A stretch of DNA of 64,000 nucleotides from Azolla caroliniana (lineage: Eukaryota > Plantae > Polypodiophyta), in assembly GCA_043228905.1 (NCBI GenBank), contig JBHGNT010000017.1:12834001-12898000 (forward strand), read 5' to 3'. Position numbers and translations under genes: made by a program. The notes beneath the pieces are model-generated. The model was not told the DNA's origin. It saw nothing but the letters and a program-made list of their open reading frames with translations, and searched no databases. Shown here piece by piece: positions 11,498-24,182 of this stretch (positions are counted from its first letter, which is position 1; each line of letters starts with the position of its first letter).

Positions 11498-11986
11498 TTT
11501 TGCTTCGAGCCGTGTTCTTTTTGTGGAGAGTACTGCCGTGTTCTTTCTGTGGAGAGTACTGGGATGGGTGACCTCCGGGGAAGTCTTGCGCATGGGTTGC
11601 GTTCTTCTCGCGCCCGAGCCGTTCCCGTGCGTGTGCGCTCCTGGCATTCTTAGAGGCGGACGAGAGCGTAGGATGGGTGAAGCGCCGAGGGGCATTGCCG
11701 TTCGGTCTGGGTTAAGTGCGTCGTCCGGATCAAGGAGAGGGCGTAAGAGGCTATTGTGTGGGCGTGGGCGGCGAGGTTCGAATCCGGGTCAGGGAAGATA
11801 TATATATATATATATATATATGTACCCCTTTGTCTAGGATCCAAGGCCTTAGCCTTAGCCTTCGCCGGCGCCCGTCGCGCGTGCGGTTGGGACGACGACG
11901 TGGGTCCCTCGATTTTAGTTGTCGTCGTAGAGCATTTTTGCACAGGCCTCTCTGGCACTAGTACCTCGGACCGCAGAGCATTGTTG

Positions 11987-12105
11987 TGGTGCGGTCATAC
12001 CAGCGCTAATACACCGGATCCCATCAGAACTCCGCAGTTAAGCGCGCTTGGGCCAGAACAGTACTGGGATGGGTGACCTCCCGGGAAGTCCTGGTGCTGC
12101 ACCCT
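11987..12105 (+). rRNA. 5S rRNA gene
   Basis: Array copy. Confidence 0.97.
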
Positions 12106-12594
12106 TTTTGCTTCGAGCCGTGTTCTTTTTGTGGAGAGTACTGCCGTGTTCTTTCTGTGGAGAGTACTGGGATGGGTGACCTCCGGGGAAGTCTTGCGCA
12201 TGGGTTGCGATCTTCTCGCGCCCGAGCCCTTCCCGTGCGTGTGCGCTCCTGGCATTCTTAGAGGCGGACGAGAGCGTAGGATGGGTGAAGCGCCGAGGGG
12301 CATTGCCGTTCGGTCTGGGTTAAGTGCGTCGTCCGGATCAAGGAGAGGGCGTAAGAGGCTATTGTGTGGGCGTGGGCGGCGAGGTTCGAATCCGGGTCAG
12401 GGAAGATATATATATATATATATATATATGTACCCCTTTGTCTAGGATCCAAGGCCTTAGCCTTAGCCTTCGCCGGCGCCCGTCGCGCGTGCGGTTGGGA
12501 CGACGACGTGGGTCCCTCGATTTTAGTTGTCGTCGTAGAGCATTTTTGCACAGGCCTCTCTGGCACTAGTACCTCGGACCGCAGAGCATTGTTG

Positions 12595-12713
12595 TGGTGC
12601 GGTCATACCAGCGCTAATACACCGGATCCCATCAGAACTCCGCAGTTAAGCGCGCTTGGGCCAGAACAGTACTGGGATGGGTGACCTCCCGGGAATACCT
12701 GGTGCTGCACCCT
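12595..12713 (+). rRNA. 5S rRNA gene (variant GGGAATACC)
   Basis: Array copy, two substitutions. Confidence 0.93.
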
Positions 12714-13013
12714 TTTTGCTTCGAGCCGTGTTCTTTTTGTGGAGAGTACTCCCGTGTTCTTTCTGTGGAGAGTACTGGGATGGGTGACCTCCGGGGAAGT
12801 CTTGCGCATGGGTTGCGTTCTTCTCGCGCCCGAGCCGTTCCCGTGCGTGTGCGCTCCTGGCATTCTTAGAGGCGGACGAGAGCGTAGGATGGGTGAAGCG
12901 CCGAGGGGCATTGCCGTTCGGTTTGGGTTAAGTGCGTCGTCCGGATCAAGGAGAGGGCGTAAGAGGCTATTGTGTGGGCGTGGGCGGCGAGGTTCGAATC
13001 CGGGTCAGGGAAG

Positions 13014-13045
<32 letters not shown>

Positions 13046-13206
13046 CCCTTTGTCTAGGATCCAAGGCCTTAGCCTTAGCCTTCGCCGGTGCCCGTCGCGC
13101 GTGCGGTTGGGACGACGACATGGGTCCCTCGATTTTAGTTGTCGTCGTAGAGCATTTTTGCACAGGCCTCTCTGGCACTAGTACCTCGGACCGCAGAGCA
13201 TTGTTG

Positions 13207-13325
13207 TGGTGCGGTCATACCAGCGCTAATACACCGGATCCCATCAGAACTCCGCAGTTAAGCGCGCTTGGGCCAGAACAGTACTGGGATGGGTGACCTC
13301 CCGGGAAGTCCTGGTGCTGCACCCT
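13207..13325 (+). rRNA. 5S rRNA gene
   Basis: Array copy. Confidence 0.97.
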
Positions 13326-13625
13326 TTTTGCTTCGAGCCGTGTTCTTTTTGTGGAGAGTACTGCCGTGTTCTTTCTGTGGAGAGTACTGGGATGGGTGAC
13401 CTCCGGGGAAGTCTTGCGCATGGGTTGCGTTCTTCTCGCGCCCGAGCCGTTCCCGTGCGTGTGCGCTCCTGGCATTCTTAGAGGCGGACGAGAGCGTAGG
13501 ATGGGTGAAGCGCCGAGGGGCATTGCCGTTCGGTCTGGGTTAAGTGCGTCGTCCGGATCAAGGAGAGGGCGTAAGAGGCTATTGTGTGGGCGTGGGCGGC
13601 GAGGTTCGAATCCGGGTCAGGGAAG

Positions 13626-13657
<32 letters not shown>

Positions 13658-13818
13658 CCCTTTGTCTAGGATCCAAGGCCTTAGCCTTAGCCTTCGCCGG
13701 CGCCCGTCGCGCGTGCGGTTGGGACGACGACGTGGGTCCCTCGATTTTAGTTGTCGTCCTAGAGCATTTTTGCACAGGCCTCTCTGGCACTAGTACCTCG
13801 GACCGCAGAGCATTGTTG

Positions 13819-13937
13819 TGGTGCGGTCATACCAGCGCTAATACACCGGATCCCATCAGAACTCCGCAATTAAGTGCGCTTGGGCCAGAACAGTACTGGG
13901 ATGGGTGACCTCCCGGGAAGTCTTGGTGCTGCACCCT
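13819..13937 (+). rRNA. 5S rRNA gene (Box A variants)
   Basis: CAATTAAGTGCGC in place of CAGTTAAGCGCGC. Confidence 0.9.
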
Positions 13938-14426
13938 TTTTGCTTCGAGCCGTGTTCTTTTTGTGGAGAGTACTGCCGTGTTCTTTCTGTGGAGAGTACT
14001 GGGATGGGTGACCTCCGGGGAAGTCTTGCGCATGGGTTGCGATCTTCTCGCGCCCGAGCCCTTCCCGTGCGTGTGCGCTCCTGGCATTCTTAGAGGCGGA
14101 CGAGAGCGTAGGATGGGTGAAGCGCCGAGGGGCATTGCCGTTCGGTCTGGGTTAAGTGTGTCGTCCGGATCAAGGAGAGGGCGTAAGAGGCTATTGTGTG
14201 GGCGTGGGCGGCGAGGTTCGAATCCGGGTCAGGGAAGATATATATATATATATATATATATGTACCCCTTTGTCTAGGATCCAAGGCCTTAGCCTTAGCC
14301 TTCGCCGGCGCCCGTCGCGCGTGCGGTTGGGACGACGACGTGGGTCCCTCGATTTTAGTTGTCGTCGTAGAGCATTTTTGCACAGGCCTCTCTGGCACTA
14401 GTACCTCGGACCGCAGAGCATTGTTG

Positions 14427-14545
14427 TGGTGCGGTCATACCAGCGCTAATACACCGGATCCCATCAGAACTCCGCAGTTAAGCGCGCTTGGGCCAGAACA
14501 GTACTGGGATGGGTGACCTCCCGGGAATACCTGGTGCTGCACCCT
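14427..14545 (+). rRNA. 5S rRNA gene (variant GGGAATACC)
   Basis: Same variant as the gene at 12595. Confidence 0.93.
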
Positions 14546-14845
14546 TTTTGCTTCGAGCCGTGTTCTTTTTGTGGAGAGTACTCCCGTGTTCTTTCTGTGG
14601 AGAGTACTGGGATGGGTGACCTCCGGGGAAGTCTTGCGCATGGGTTGCGTTCTTCTCGCGCCCGAGCCGTTCCCGTGCGTGTGCGCTCCTGGCATTCTTA
14701 GAGGCGGACGAGAGCGTAGGATGGGTGAAGCGCCGAGGGGCATTGCCGTTCGGTCTGGGTTAAGTGCGTCGTCCGGATCAAGGAGAGGGCGTAAGAGGCT
14801 ATTGTGTGGGCGTGGGCGGCGAGGTTCGAATCCGGGTCAGGGAAG

Positions 14846-14877
<32 letters not shown>

Positions 14878-15038
14878 CCCTTTGTCTAGGATCCAAGGCC
14901 TTAGCCTTAGCCTTCGCCGGCGCCCGTCGCGCGTGCGGTTGGGACGACGACGTGGGTCCCTCGATTTTAGTTGTCGTCGTAGAGCATTTTTGCACAGGCC
15001 TCTCTGGCACTAGTACCTCGGACCGCAGAGCACTGTTG

Positions 15039-15157
15039 TGGTGCGGTCATACCAGCGCTAATACACCGGATCCCATCAGAACTCCGCAGTTAAGCGCGCT
15101 TGGGCCAGAACAGTACTAGGATGGGTGACCTCCCGGGAAGTCCTGGTGCTGCACCCT
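15039..15157 (+). rRNA. 5S rRNA gene
   Basis: Array copy, one substitution (ACTAGGATGG). Confidence 0.93.
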
Positions 15158-15455
15158 TTTTGCTTCGAGCCGTGTTCTTTTTGTGGAGAGTACTGCCGTG
15201 TTCTTTCTGTGGAGAGTACTGGGATGGGTGACCTCCGGGGAAGTCTTGCGCATGGGTTGCGTTCTTCTCGCGCCCGAGCCGTTCCCGTGCGTGTGCGCTC
15301 CTGGCATTCTTAGAGGCGGACGAGAGCGTAGGATGGGTGAAGCGCCGAGGGGCATTGCCGTTCGGTCTGGGTTAAGTGCGTCGTCCGGATCAAGGAGAGG
15401 GCGTAAGAGGCTATTGTGTGGGCGTGGGCGGCGAGGTTCGAATCCGGGTCAGGGA

Positions 15456-15491
<36 letters not shown>

Positions 15492-15591
15492 CCCTTTGTC
15501 TAGGATCCAAGGCCTTAGCCTTAGCCTTCGCCGGCGCCCGTCGCGCGTGCGGTTGGGACGACGACGTGGGTCCCTCGATTTTAGTTGTCGT

Positions 15592-15680
15592 TGTTGTATG
15601 CGAGGAAGGTCGTCAATGCGGAAGATCGAGAAGCATTCGATCCCTGTTTCTTCCCTGTGTATGATAGAATGTAGGTCGTT

Positions 15681-15711
<31 letters not shown>

Positions 15712-18322
15712 CACAAAAAAACTCTATATTCCAATAGACAAGAATACAACAATCCAACCTTACAAAAAGGTTACAAGGTCACTATATATAGTGACTGACT
15801 TAGGGCAATTACCCTTTATGCTAATTACATAAATGGCCAAAACGGGATAGTGTGAATACGTCCATTATACACATGTATTCGACACTCCCCCGTAATGGGC
15901 GTATACATGGGTTATCTAAGATTACAGGTATAGACTTGGGTTCTCGGACATATCAGCTTTGTTCGAGTCGGCAGGGTCCGAAAGCAGAAGACCGAACTGG
16001 TCGGGTCGGAACAGTTGAAGCCGATCATTAAGGAACTGATGTCGGTTGTCGGGAACCATCCTGCTCTGTGTCCGGCTCTAACCGGACTGGTTTGTCGTTA
16101 CGCCCATCTGATGCCGAAGAGACCGAAAATGGTCTGCCGAAAGACACTTGGTCATTCCATCTGCGACATTGTCGGTTGTGGATATTTTCTCTAGACCGAT
16201 TCTCCCTGAAATGACGCAGTCCCGAACGAAGTGATATCGAACGTCGATATGTTTGGAGGCGTTGTGGTGAACCGGATTTTTCGACAGGGCAACAACACCT
16301 TGACTGTCGCTGTAGACAACTGGAGCTGAGTCATGGTCGACTTGTCGAAACGTGTGCGCCAACCGACCGAGCCACAAACCTTTTTTGCTGCGTCGGACGC
16401 AGCTACATATTCTGCTTCGGTTGTTGAGGTCGCTGTGCACTCCTGAAGTTTCGACTTCCACGAGATTGCTCCATTGCCGAATTTGAAGCAGTATCCGGTT
16501 GTTGATTTTCGACTGTCTATACAGCCGGCGAAATCCGAGTCGGTGTAACCGACTACGCCTGAGGTTCGGTTCGGACCGAAAAGAATGCCATGGTCTTTTG
16601 TGCCAGCCAGATATCTGAACACATGCTTGACTGCGTTCCAATGCGATCGGCCAGGATTGTGCATAAATCTGCTAACGACTCCTACGGCATGAGAGATATC
16701 AGGCCGTGTCGCGACCATCAGGTACATAAGGGAGCCGACTGCCGGTGCATACAGTACCGACTTCATATCTTCCCCCTCCGGACCGGATGTCGGGCAGTCT
16801 CGCTGAGAGAGCCGAAGATTCATGGGGAGCGGGGTTGAAGCAGATTTGGCTGATTGCATGTTGAAGCGTTCTAAGACACGTCCGATATAGTCGGTCTGAG
16901 ACAAAAAAAGATGTCGTTTATCGCGATGCCGACTAATCTTCATGCCGAGTATGTGTCGTGCCGGACCGAGGTCCTTCATGGCAAACTTCAACCGCAGTTG
17001 CCGAACGAGATCGGCAAGTTCGCCCGCGTGGCGTCCAGAAATTAGCATGTCGTCCACGTAGATGATGAGGAAGATGGGTGATCCATCTTGAGCTGTGTTG
17101 GTAAAGAGACAATGGTCCTCATCGCTTTTTGAGAAGCCGATCGATTGGATGAAGTCGTCGAACTTCTTGTACCATTGTCGCGGTGCCTGTTTGAGGCCGT
17201 ATAGACTCTTCCTGAGTCGGCAGACTAGATGTTCTTGGCCAGGTGCCACGAAGCCTTTTGGCTGCTCCATATAAATTTCCTCCTCGAGATCACCATGGAG
17301 GAAGGCTGTTTTGACATCTAGCTGAATCAGCTCCAAGTTGTCGGCTGCCACTACGCCGAGCAGAAAACGAAGGGTTGTCATTTTCACCACTGGTGAGAAA
17401 ATCTCGTCGAAGTCGACGCCATATTCTTGTCGGAAGCCCTTCGCAACTAATCTGGCCTTGTACTTTGGGGTGGTCGAATCAGACGTCTCTTTTAGTCGAT
17501 AAACCCACTTGCAAGGAAGAGCACGTCGGTTCCTAGGTAATTCGACCAGATCCCAAGTCTTGTTTGCCCGAATGGAGTGCATTTCCGACTCCATCGCCAG
17601 ATGCCAGGTGGCGGAATCGACAGATGTCGATGCTTCTTCGTAAGACGTCGGTTCGCCGGCGTCGGTGAAGAAAATTCCAGGAGAATACCTCTCCGGAGGT
17701 TGCGACAATCTCTCGGATCGTCGAGGTAAGATTGGACTGGTCGCATCGGGTATCGAGGTCGGATGGTCCGAAACCGACTCATTCGGCTGTGCCGAGTCAG
17801 AGTTGTCCGAGTCGGTAATGTAAGGTTCAGCTACCCGTGAAGCTGACCGTGTGTTAAGAGCGGGGCCTTCTTGAAGGGTCGGCACATCGGAAAATGTTAC
17901 CCTTCGGACTTCGATCGGTTTTTCGACTGATGGATTCATAGCCGACTCGTTGAACACAACGTCCGAACTTCGAACGATTTGTCTGCGTTCGGGGTCCCAG
18001 AGTCGGTATCCCATTTCGCCGTCGGATCCATATCCAAGGAAAATGCATTTCCTGGACCGAGGTGCAAGTTTTCGGCGATCATCTTTCGGAATAAGGGCGT
18101 ACGCCTCGCATCCGAAGATCCTCAGCTTGTCGTAATTCGGCTTACTGCCGATCCATAGTTCCTGAGGAATTTGAAGTCCTAGAGGTCTACTTGGCGACAT
18201 ATTTATTATGTGTACTGCCGTGAGTAGAGCCTCTGCCCAGAAGCCATCCGACAGTCGGGAGTGTTGGAGCATGGAAACTATCCGTTCTTGGATTGTCCGA
18301 TTCATTCGTTCTGCAATCCCGT
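15592..18322 (-). mobile_element. 5'-truncated Ty1/copia (Tork/Tnt1-like) retrotransposon in the 5S spacer
   Basis: 3' LTR 15592-15884 (TGTCG...CAACA on minus), PPT GGGGGAG at 15885-15891, partial integrase + RT + RNase H; breaks inside the integrase and fuses to the middle of a 5S gene; same family as 25521-31034. Confidence 0.95.
16078..18305 (-). pseudogene. copia pol fragment (INT C-terminal part, RT, RNase H) with a frameshift near 16380
   Basis: QLDVKTAFLHG, YGLKQAPRQW, IYVDDM, YTDSDFAG; KHIDVRYHF lies in the shifted frame. Confidence 0.93.
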
Positions 18323-18871
18323 AAGCGTGCTTGGGCCAGAACAGTACTGGGATGGGTGACCTCCTGGGAAGTCCTGGTGCTACACCCTTTTCGCTTCGAG
18401 CCGTGTTCTTTTTGTGGAGAGTACTGCCGTGTTCTTTCTGTGGAGAGTACTGGGATGGGTGACCTCCGGGGAAGTTTTGCGCATGGGTTGCGTTCTTCTC
18501 GCGCCCGAGCCGTTCCCGTGCGTGTGCGCTCCTGGCATTCTTAGAGGCGGACGAGAGCGTAGGATGGGTGAAGCGCCGAGGGGCATTGCCGTTCGGTCTG
18601 GGTTAAGTGCGTCGTCCGGATCAAGGAGAGGGCGTAAGAGGCTATTGTGTGGGCGTGGGCGGCGAGGTTCGAATCCGGGTTAGGGAAGATATATATATAT
18701 ATATATGTACCCCTTTGTCTAGGATCCAAGGCCTTAGCCTTAGCCTTCGCCGGCGCCCGTCGCGCGTGCGGTTGGGACGACGACGTGGGTCCCTCGATTT
18801 TAGTTGTCGTCGTAGAGCATTTTTGCACAGGCCTCTCTGGCACTAGTACCTCGGACCGCAGAGCATTGTTG

Positions 18872-18990
18872 TGGTGCGGTCATACCAGCGCTAATACACC
18901 GGATCCCATCAGAACTCCGCAATTAAGCGTGCTTGGGCCAGAACAGTACTGGGATGGGTGACCTCTCGGGAAGTCCTGGTGCTGCACAAT
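18872..18990 (+). rRNA. 5S rRNA gene (variant)
   Basis: Full length, several substitutions. Confidence 0.85.
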
Positions 18991-19288
18991 TTTTGCTTCG
19001 AGCCGTGTTCTTTTTGTGGAGAGTACTGTCGTGTTCTTTCTGTGGAGAGTACTGGGATGGGTGACCTCCGGGGAAGTCTTGCGCATGGGTTGCGTTGTTC
19101 TCGCGCCCGAGCCGTTCCCGTGCGTGTGCGCTCCTGGCATTCTTAGAGGCGGACGAGAGCGTAGGATGGATGAAGCGCCGAGGGGCATTGCCGTTCGGTC
19201 TGGGTTAAGTGCGTCGTCCGGATCAAGGAGAGCGCGTAAGAGGCTATTGTGTGGGCGTGGGCGGCGAGGTTCGAATCCGGGTCAGGGA

Positions 19289-19346
<58 letters not shown>

Positions 19347-19507
19347 CCCTTTGTCTAGGATCCAAGGCCTTAGCCTTAGCCTTCGCCGGCGCCCGTCGCG
19401 CGTGCGGTTGGGACGACGACATGGGTCCCTCGATTTTAGTTGTCGTCGTAGAGCATTTTTGCACAGGCCTCTCTGGCACTAGTACCTCGGTCCGCAGAGC
19501 ATTGTTG

Positions 19508-19626
19508 TGGTGCGGTCATTCCAGCGCTTATACACCGGATCCCATCAGAACTCCGCAGTTAAGCGCGCTTGGCCCAGAACAGTACTGGGATGGGTGACCT
19601 CCCGGGAAGTCCTGGTGCTACACCCT
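19508..19626 (+). rRNA. 5S rRNA gene (variant)
   Basis: Full length, several substitutions. Confidence 0.85.
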
Positions 19627-20111
19627 TTTCGCTTCGAGCCGTGTTCTTTTTGTGGAGAGTACTGCCGTGTTCTTTCTGTGGAGAGTACTGGGATGGGTGA
19701 CCTCCGGGGAAGTTTTGCGCATGGGTTGCGTTCTTCTCGCGCCCGAGCCGTTCCCGTGCGTGTGCGTTCCTGGCATTCTTAGAGGCGGACGAGAGCGTAG
19801 GATGGGTGAAGCGCCGAGGGGCATTGCCGTTCGGTCTGGGTTAAGTGCGTCGTCCGGATCAAGGAGAGGGCGTAAGAGGCTATTGTGTGGGCGTGGGCAG
19901 CGAGGTTCGAATCCGGGTCAGGGAAGATATATATATATATATATATGTACCCCTTTGTCTAGGATCCAAGGCCTTACCCTTAGCCTTCGCCGGCGCCCGT
20001 CGCGCGTGCGGTTGGGACGACGACGTGGGTCCCTCGATTTTAGTTGTCGTCGTAGAGCATTTTTGCACAGGCCTCTCTGGCACTAGTACCTCGGACCGCA
20101 GAGCATTGTTG

Positions 20112-20230
20112 TGGTGCGGTCATACCAGCGCTAATACACCGGATCCCATCAGAACTCCGCAATTAAGCGCGCTTGGGCCAGAACAGTACTGGGATGGGTG
20201 ACCTCCCAGGAAGTCTTGGTGCTGCACCCT
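20112..20230 (+). rRNA. 5S rRNA gene (variant)
   Basis: Full length, few substitutions. Confidence 0.87.
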
Positions 20231-20717
20231 TTTTGCTTCGAGCCGTGTTCTTTTTGTGGAGAGTACTGCCGTGTTCTTTCTGTGGAGAGTACTTGGATGG
20301 GTGACCTCCGGGGAAGTCTTGCGCATGGGTTGCGTTCTTCTCGCGCCCGAGCCGTTCCCGTGCGTGTGCGCTCCTGGCATTCTTAGAGGCGGACGAGAGC
20401 GTAGGATGGATGAAGCGCCGAGGGGCATTGCCGTTCGGTCTGGGTTAAGTGCGTCGTCCGGATCAAGGAGAGGGCGTAAGAGGCTATTGTGTGGGCGTGG
20501 GCGGCGAGGTTCGAATCCGGGTCAGGGAAGATATATATATATATATATATATGTACCCCTTTGTCTAGGATCCAAGGCCTTAGCCTTAGCCTTCGCCACC
20601 GCACGTCGCGCGTGCGGTTGGGACGACGACGGGGGTCCCTCGATTTTAGTTGTCGTCGTAGAGCATTTTTGCACAGGCCTCTCTGGCACTAGTACCTCGG
20701 ACCGCAGAGCATTGTTG

Positions 20718-20836
20718 TGGTGCGGTCATACCAGCGCTAATACACTGGATCCCATCAGAACTCCGCAGTTGAGCTCGCTTTGGCCAGAACAGTGCTGGGA
20801 TGGGTGACCTCCCGGGAAGTCCTGGTGCTGCACCCT
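20718..20836 (+). rRNA. 5S rRNA gene (variant, Box A mutated)
   Basis: GTTGAGCTCGC in place of GTTAAGCGCGC. Confidence 0.8.
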
Positions 20837-21136
20837 TTTTGCTTCGAGCCGTGTTCTTTTTGTGGAGAGTACTGCCGTGTTCTTTCTGTGGAGAGTACTG
20901 GGATGGGTGACCTCCGGGGAAGTCTTGCGCATGGGTTGCGTTCTTCTCGCGCCCGAGCCGTTCCCGTGCGTGTGCGCTCCTGGCATTCTTAGAGGCGGAC
21001 GAAAACGTAGGATGGGTGAAGCGCCGAGGGGCATTGCCGTTCGGTCTGGGGTAAGTGCGTCGTCCGGATCAAGGAGAGGGCGTAAGAGGCTATTGTGTGG
21101 GCGTGGGCGGCGAGGTTCGAATCCGGGTCAGGGAAG

Positions 21137-21168
<32 letters not shown>

Positions 21169-21329
21169 CCCTTTGTCTAGGATCCAAGGCCTTAGCCTTA
21201 GCCTTCGCCGGCGCCCGTCGCGCGTGCGGTTGGGACGACGACGTGGGTTCCTCGATTTTAGTTGTCGTCGTAGAGCATTTTTGCACAGGCCTCTCTGGCA
21301 CTAGTACCTCGGACCGCAGAGCATTGTTG

Positions 21330-21448
21330 TGGTGCGGTCATACCAGCGCTAATACACCGGATCCCATCAGAACTCCGCAGTTAAGCGCGCTTGGGCCAGA
21401 ACAGTACTGGAATGGGTGACCTCCCGGGAAGTCCTGGTGCTGCACCCT
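21330..21448 (+). rRNA. 5S rRNA gene (variant)
   Basis: Full length, Box C GGAATGG. Confidence 0.87.
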
Positions 21449-21931
21449 TTTTGCTTCGAGCCGTGTTCTTTTTGTGGAGAGTACTGCCGTGTTCTTTCTG
21501 TGGAGAGTACTGGGATGGGTGACCTCCGGGGAAGTCTTGCGCATGGGTTGCGTTCTTCTCGCGCCCGAGCCGTTCCCGTGCGTGTGCGCTCCTGGCATTC
21601 TTAGAGGCGGACGAGAGCGTAGGATGGGTGAAGCGCCGAGGGGCATTGCCGTTCGGTCTGGGTTAAGTGCGTCGTCCGGATCAAGGAGAGGGCGTAAGAG
21701 GCTATTGTGTGGGCGTGGGCGGCGAGGTTCGAATCCGGGTCAGGGAAGATATATATATATATATATATACCCCTTTTTCTAGGATCCAAGGCCTTAGCCT
21801 TAGCCTTCGCCGTCGCCCGTCGCACGTGCGGTTGGGACGACGACGTGGGTCCCTCGATTTTAGTTGTCGTCGTAGAGCATTTTTGCACAGGCCTCTCTGG
21901 CACTAGTACCTCGGACCGCAGAGCATTGTTG

Positions 21932-22050
21932 TGGTGCGGTCATACCAGCGCTAATACACCGGATCCCATCAGAACTCCGCAATTAAGCGCGCTTGGGCCA
22001 GAACAGGACTGGGATGGTTGACCTCCCGGGAAGTCCTGGTGCTGCACCCT
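21932..22050 (+). rRNA. 5S rRNA gene (variant)
   Basis: Full length, few substitutions. Confidence 0.85.
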
Positions 22051-22350
22051 TTTTGCTTCGAGCCGTGTTCTTTTTGTGGAGAGTACTGCCGTGTTCTTTC
22101 TGTGGAGAGTACTGGGATGGGTAACCTCCGTGGAAGTCTTGCGCATGGGTTGCGTTCTTCTCGCGCCCGAGCCGTTCCCGTGCGTGTGCGCTCCTGGCAT
22201 TCTTAGAGGCGGACGAAAACGTAGGATGGGTGAAGCGCCAAGGGGCATTGCCGTTCGGTCTGGGTTAAGTGCGTCGTCTGGATCAAGGAGAGGGCGTAAG
22301 AGGCTATTGTGTGGGCGTGGGCGGCGAGGTTCGAATCCGGGTCAGGGAAG

Positions 22351-22382
<32 letters not shown>

Positions 22383-22543
22383 CCCTTTGTCTAGGATCCA
22401 AGGCCTTAGCCTTAGCCTTCGCCGGCGCCCGTCGCGCGTGCGGTTGGGACGACGACGTGGGTTCCTCGATTTTAGTTGTCGTCGTAGAGCATTTTTGCAC
22501 AGGCCTCTCTGGCACTAGTACCTCGGACCGCAGAGAATTGTTG

Positions 22544-22662
22544 TGGTGCGGTCATACCAGCGCTAATACACCGGATCCCATCAGAACTCCGCAGTTAAGC
22601 GCGCTTGGGCCAGAACAGTACTGGAATGGGTGACCTCCCGGGAAGTCCTGGTGCTGCACCCT
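22544..22662 (+). rRNA. 5S rRNA gene (variant)
   Basis: Same variant as the gene at 21330. Confidence 0.87.
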
Positions 22663-23145
22663 TTTTGCTTCGAGCCGTGTTCTTTTTGTGGAGAGTACTG
22701 CCGTGTTCTTTCTGTGGAGAGTACTGGGATGGGTGACCTCCGGGGAAGTTTTGCGCATGGGTTGCGTTCTTCTCGCGCCCGAGCCGTTCCCGTGCGTGTG
22801 CGCTCCTGGCATTCTTAGAGGCGGACGAGAGCGTAGGATGGGTGAAGCGCCGAGGGGCATTGCCGTTCGGTCTGGGTTAAGTGCGTCGTCCGGATCAAGG
22901 AGAGGGCGTAAGAGGCTATTGTGTGGGCGTGGGCGGCGAGGTTCGAATCCGGGTCAGGGAAGATATATATATATATATATATACCCCTTTTTCTAGGATC
23001 CAAGGCCTTAGCCTTAGCCTTCGCCGTCGCCCGTCGCGCGTGCGGTTGGGACGACGACGTGGGTCCCTCGATTTTAGTTGTCGTCGTAGAGCATTTTTGC
23101 ACAGGCCTCTCTGGCACTAGTACCTCGGACTGCAGAGCATTGTTG

Positions 23146-23264
23146 TGGTGCGGTCATACCAGCGCTAATACACCGGATCCCATCAGAACTCCGCAATTAA
23201 GCGCGCTTGGACCAGAACAGGACTGGGATGGTTGACCTCCCGGGAAGTCCTGGTGCTGCACCCT
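23146..23264 (+). rRNA. 5S rRNA gene (variant)
   Basis: Shares variants with the gene at 21932. Confidence 0.85.
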
Positions 23265-23562
23265 TTTTGCTTCGAGCCGTGTTCTTTTTGTGGAGAGTAC
23301 TGCCGTGTTCTTTCTGTGGAGAGTACTGGGATGGGTAACCTCCGTGGAAGTCTTGCGCATGGGTTGCGTTCTTCTCGCGCCCGAGCCGTTCCCATGCGTG
23401 TGCGCTCCTGGCATTCTTAGAGGCGGACGAGAGCGTAGGATGGATGAAGCGCCGAGGGGCATTGCCGTTCGGTTTGGGTTAAGTGCCTCGTCCGGATCAA
23501 GGAGAGGGCGTAAGAGGCTATTGTGTGGGCGTGGGCGGCGAGGTTCGAATCCGGGTCAGGGA

Positions 23563-23604
<42 letters not shown>

Positions 23605-23765
23605 CCCTTTGTCTAGGATCCAAGGCCTTAGCCTTAGCCTTCGCCGGCGCCCGTCGCGCGTGCGGTTGGGACGACGACGGGGGTCCCTCGATTTTAGTTG
23701 TCGTCGTAGAGCATTTTTGCACAGGCCTCTCTGGCACTAGTATCTCGGACCGCAGAGGATTGTTG

Positions 23766-23884
23766 TGGTGCGGTCATACCAGTGCTAATACACCGGATCC
23801 CATCAGAACTCCGCAATTAAGCGCGCTTGGTCCAGAACAGTACCGGGATGGGTGACCCCCCGGGAAGTCCTGGTGCTGCACCCT
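23766..23884 (+). rRNA. 5S rRNA gene (variant)
   Basis: Full length, several substitutions. Confidence 0.82.
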
Positions 23885-24182
23885 TTTTGCTTCGAGCCGT
23901 GTTCTTTTTGTGGAGAGTACTGCCGTGTTCTTTCTGTGGAGAGTACTGGGATGGGTGACCTCCGGGGAAGTCTTGCGCATGGGTTGCGTTCTTCTCGCGC
24001 CCGAGCCGTTCCCGTGCGTGTGCGCTCCTAGCATTCTTAGAGGCGGACGAGAGCGTAGGATGGGTGAAGCGCCGAGGGGCATTGCCGTTCGGTCTGGGTT
24101 AAGTGCGTCGTCCGGATCAAGGAGAGGGCGTAAGAGGCTATTGTGTGGGCGTGGGCGGCGAGGTTCGAATTCGGGTCAGGGA

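Larger units (their letters stand above)
1..15591 (+). repeat. 5S rDNA tandem array, homogenised core block (25 genes, unit ~592-614 bp, modal 606 bp)
   Basis: Near-identical units recur every ~606 bp; most length variation comes from the (TA)n tract; each unit holds a ~119-nt 5S gene followed by a T-run. Confidence 0.99.

Noticed and set aside
1-15591. CRISPR-like or Cassandra TRIM interpretation of the repeats
   Set aside because: Spacers are identical rather than unique and there are no cas genes; units hold complete 5S genes with terminators and lack LTR termini, PBS and PPT.
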